This document shows positions 62,466-64,000 of a stretch of 64,000 nt of DNA, piece by piece. Below the pieces are notes generated by a model, which had not been told where the DNA came from, made no database searches, and saw only the letters and a list, made by a program, of their open reading frames with translations. Both the position numbers and the translations under genes were made by a program. Position 1 is the stretch's first letter; each line of letters opens with the position of its first letter. Source of the stretch: Raillietiella orientalis (taxonomy: Eukaryota); assembly GCA_036172245.1 (NCBI GenBank), contig JAYWIR010000015.1, positions 868,001-932,000 on the forward strand, in the 5' to 3' direction.

Positions 62466-64000
62466 AAGAACGTTCAGGAATTTGAATCGGGGCCGTTTTA
62501 TGGGGCCTCACCCACTTCGATGTCTCATTGAGGTGGAAAGAGTAAATGATTATACTATTGGGAATTCGTCCGTCTTTCCGGAGCTCTTAGCTGCAGAGGA
62601 CACATTCCCTCATCTCATGAGGAGCAAAGGAGCATAAGTGTTCCGTGGATAAAGCAGCTCCACAGACGCTGAGGCACTCTTTCAGGGATGGACATGCTCG
62701 ATAAAATAATCTCACTGTCTCATTGGGTATCCAACGGTTTCAGCCATCATAGCAACCTATCACTTTCTACGGTGTTCCATTGAGACAGCTTCTCATCAGA
62801 TCCTCAACAACATTTCATTCTAAAAAAAATTTTGTCAAAGCTATTTTAGCATACATGATATACTTATTAACATGGATGATTAATATATACTTTAAAGATT
62901 AAAAAAATGAGATTTATCGCGAGCATATATGAAAAAGTGGGTTTGCATTCTCAAAATCTCAAGGTGGATCGTCTTTGATGCGCCCCCAAAATAACCTTGA
63001 ACCCCTTCGGTCTCTCTGTTTTCCTTCGGTTTCCGCAAAATTTCTGTCTTTGTTCCGAATTTCAGTCCCGGCTGGACCAGCGAGGTCGAAGATTTTCCCC
63101 GAGAGAAAATGAAAAAAAATTCCCGGCCCATTTTTCCATGTGTGGATGTACTCCGTTGCTAATTCATGGAGTGGACGCAATCCGTTGACGTTTGCGTGGA
63201 ACCACTCGTCACCATGCAACACGGATGCAGTTGCCGAAAGTGTCTCCCTTCGCATCTCAAGTGTCTTTCCGGGGAAAAAATCTGGGGCGTGCCAATTTTT
63301 TTTTTCTTTTAAAACAAAAACAAAAACAAAAGTATCGAGGGTGATTTTCCAAATGGCTCTTCAGATATTCCCAAACACTATTCAAGTATGCACTTCCAGA
63401 CGCAACCGCGGTCCAAAAGAGTAGGAAAGCGCTCCTGAGGGAAAGTGGACTATTCGTTCGAGCTCTCCAGATGAAATTAAATAAAAGTTACATAATGTTT
63501 GCTTTCAGATACACATCGCGTCCACAGAATGGAAAAATCCTTGAATCCTGTTTTTTTTTTTTTTTTCCTTTTTTTTAATCCTCGACGTTACATAGTCACC
63601 TGCTGTACACGAAAGCACATACTGCAGGGAGTTCTGTCGCCATCCGCATGTTTTATGGCTGGAACACTCCCGTGTGCTCCAGCCATAAACAAAATCTCCG
63701 AAAGGAGCATTCCTCGAAGAAATGACATTTGCTGCTCTTTTCGTTTTTTCGTGCCCCCCGTGCTTGTGCACGGAAGGGTGGAATCTCACGGAGCAAACAG
63801 AGGACCGGAATCCAGCATCTCGGAAATTTCCAGTTTCCGGATCTCGGAAAAGCGGTTTGCAGGAGCGCTTCTAAGAGAAATCACCACTGCTGTGACGTAG
63901 GAAGCTTCCGGTGTGAAACGCGATTTCAAACCATCAGTTTTTCACGTAGTGGTCGGCACAAAGGCCGGGTTTTAGAATCAGTGTTGCCAAATTATTCCTG

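Overview
Eukaryotic, intron-containing DNA, most likely from an arthropod (inferred from the gene family and the TATA/Inr layout). I find one convincing host gene: a 3-exon gene in a GC/CpG-rich island (about 50.2-53.9 kb) encoding a 124-aa secreted protein with a single peritrophin-A/CBM14 chitin-binding domain (CDS 52248-52466 + 53028-53183). The rest is mostly heavily decayed transposons: L1/Tx1-like and I/Jockey-like LINE fragments, a Mutator-like element with ~350-bp TIRs, a mariner derivative built from two 3' ends, and AT-rich islands. On this old background sit several near-identical local duplications (275-bp inverted, 510-bp direct, 277-bp inverted, 57-bp direct, ~106-bp inverted), some with junctions suggestive of template-switch repair. 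Almost all ORFs in the supplied track look spurious. I see no rRNA, tRNA or CRISPR array and no clear new multi-gene system. All alignments and motif matches were made by eye, and TE boundaries are approximate.
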